Below, piece by piece: positions 63,740 through 64,000 of a stretch of DNA of 64,000 nucleotides (positions are counted from its first letter, which is position 1; each line of letters starts with the position of its first letter). The translations under genes and the position numbers were made by a program. Below the pieces are notes generated by a model. It did no database searches and had not been told where the DNA came from. It saw only the letters and a program-made list of their open reading frames with translations. The stretch comes from an uncultured Actinomycetota bacterium (GTDB lineage: Bacteria; Actinomycetota; Actinomycetes; JAFAQI01): assembly GCA_963770565.1 (NCBI GenBank), contig CAVYQE010000010.1:93826-157825 (forward strand). The letters run 5' to 3'.

Positions 63740-64000
63740 TCAGGCTCGCTGGCAGTACACGTTCGCGTGGGTCGTGCGGCCGTGCCGAACGGTGACCTTG
63801 TGCAGCGCGTTGCACGTTCCCTCGCGGCCGTCGATGACGAACTGCGGAGTATGCCCCGCGAACCGGTAGGTGCCGGCCGGCGCGACGATGCTGAACCTTC
63901 CGTTCGGCCCGACCGCGACGATGGAAACCCGTCCGTGCAGGCCGGTCAGAGAGACCACGCCGCGCTGGGTCGCCACCGGCGCTCCCGACGGACCGCCGAC
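63740..64000 (-). CDS. hypothetical protein, C-terminal part (probably continues beyond the window)
   Basis: The reading frame is open to the window edge. The beta-rich sequence (GRFSIVAPAGTYRFAG) is reminiscent of carboxypeptidase-regulatory-like domains. Support is weak. Confidence 0.35.
   Translation of the reverse strand, partial: VGGPSGAPVATQRGVVSLTGLHGRVSIVAVGPNGRFSIVAPAGTYRFAGHTPQFVIDGREGTCNALHKVTVRHGRTTHANVYCQRA

Overview
This is a high-GC actinobacterial core-chromosome segment, almost entirely on the + strand, and its gene order resembles (from memory) the Mycobacterium/Streptomyces housekeeping blocks. In order it carries: rsmB(partial)-rpe-REC/GGDEF; an FMN riboswitch followed by ribD-ribE-ribBA-ribH; hisG; infC-rpmI-rplT-trmH; a PAS histidine kinase; pheST; argCJBD-argR-argGH with no argF; mpg; tyrS; one complete rrn operon (16S-23S-5S); a block with an MBL hydrolase, an SSB-like protein, DUF1015, a HAD hydrolase, an SCP2 protein, tlyA, nadK, recN, steA and mctB; an envelope-glycan trio; then pyrG, a NUDIX hydrolase, ald, xerD, parA, scpAB, rluB, aroH, tyrA, cmk, plsC and der. 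The standout is in the 23S rRNA gene. It is interrupted by a 726-nt insertion (30504-31229) that has all the textbook hallmarks of a group I intron. P1 has a U.G pair at the 5' splice site, the P/Q/R/S core elements are present, P3-P9 can be paired by eye, and the intron ends in a terminal G. The insertion encodes a single-motif LAGLIDADG homing endonuclease (30601-31221). Its ORF runs through nearly the whole ribozyme core. The insertion point lies between the equivalents of E. coli U2604 and U2605 (helix 93, next to A2602). Secondary observations are: a RecA-NDp-like promoter placing recN as leaderless; an ARG-box/-10 arrangement placing argC as leaderless; an ATC-initiated infC; a trmH-family gene with no canonical start codon; a GGDDF-variant response regulator; a 772-aa secreted protein wedged into steA-mctB; a translationally coupled MraY-like/MurJ/GT1 trio; a ParA gene with a small RHH-like partner and an M50 protease homologue lacking HExxH; and local rare-codon AT-rich islands. 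No CRISPR arrays, tRNAs, IS elements or prophage genes were seen. All calls come from reading the sequence and motifs by eye, and no searches were run.
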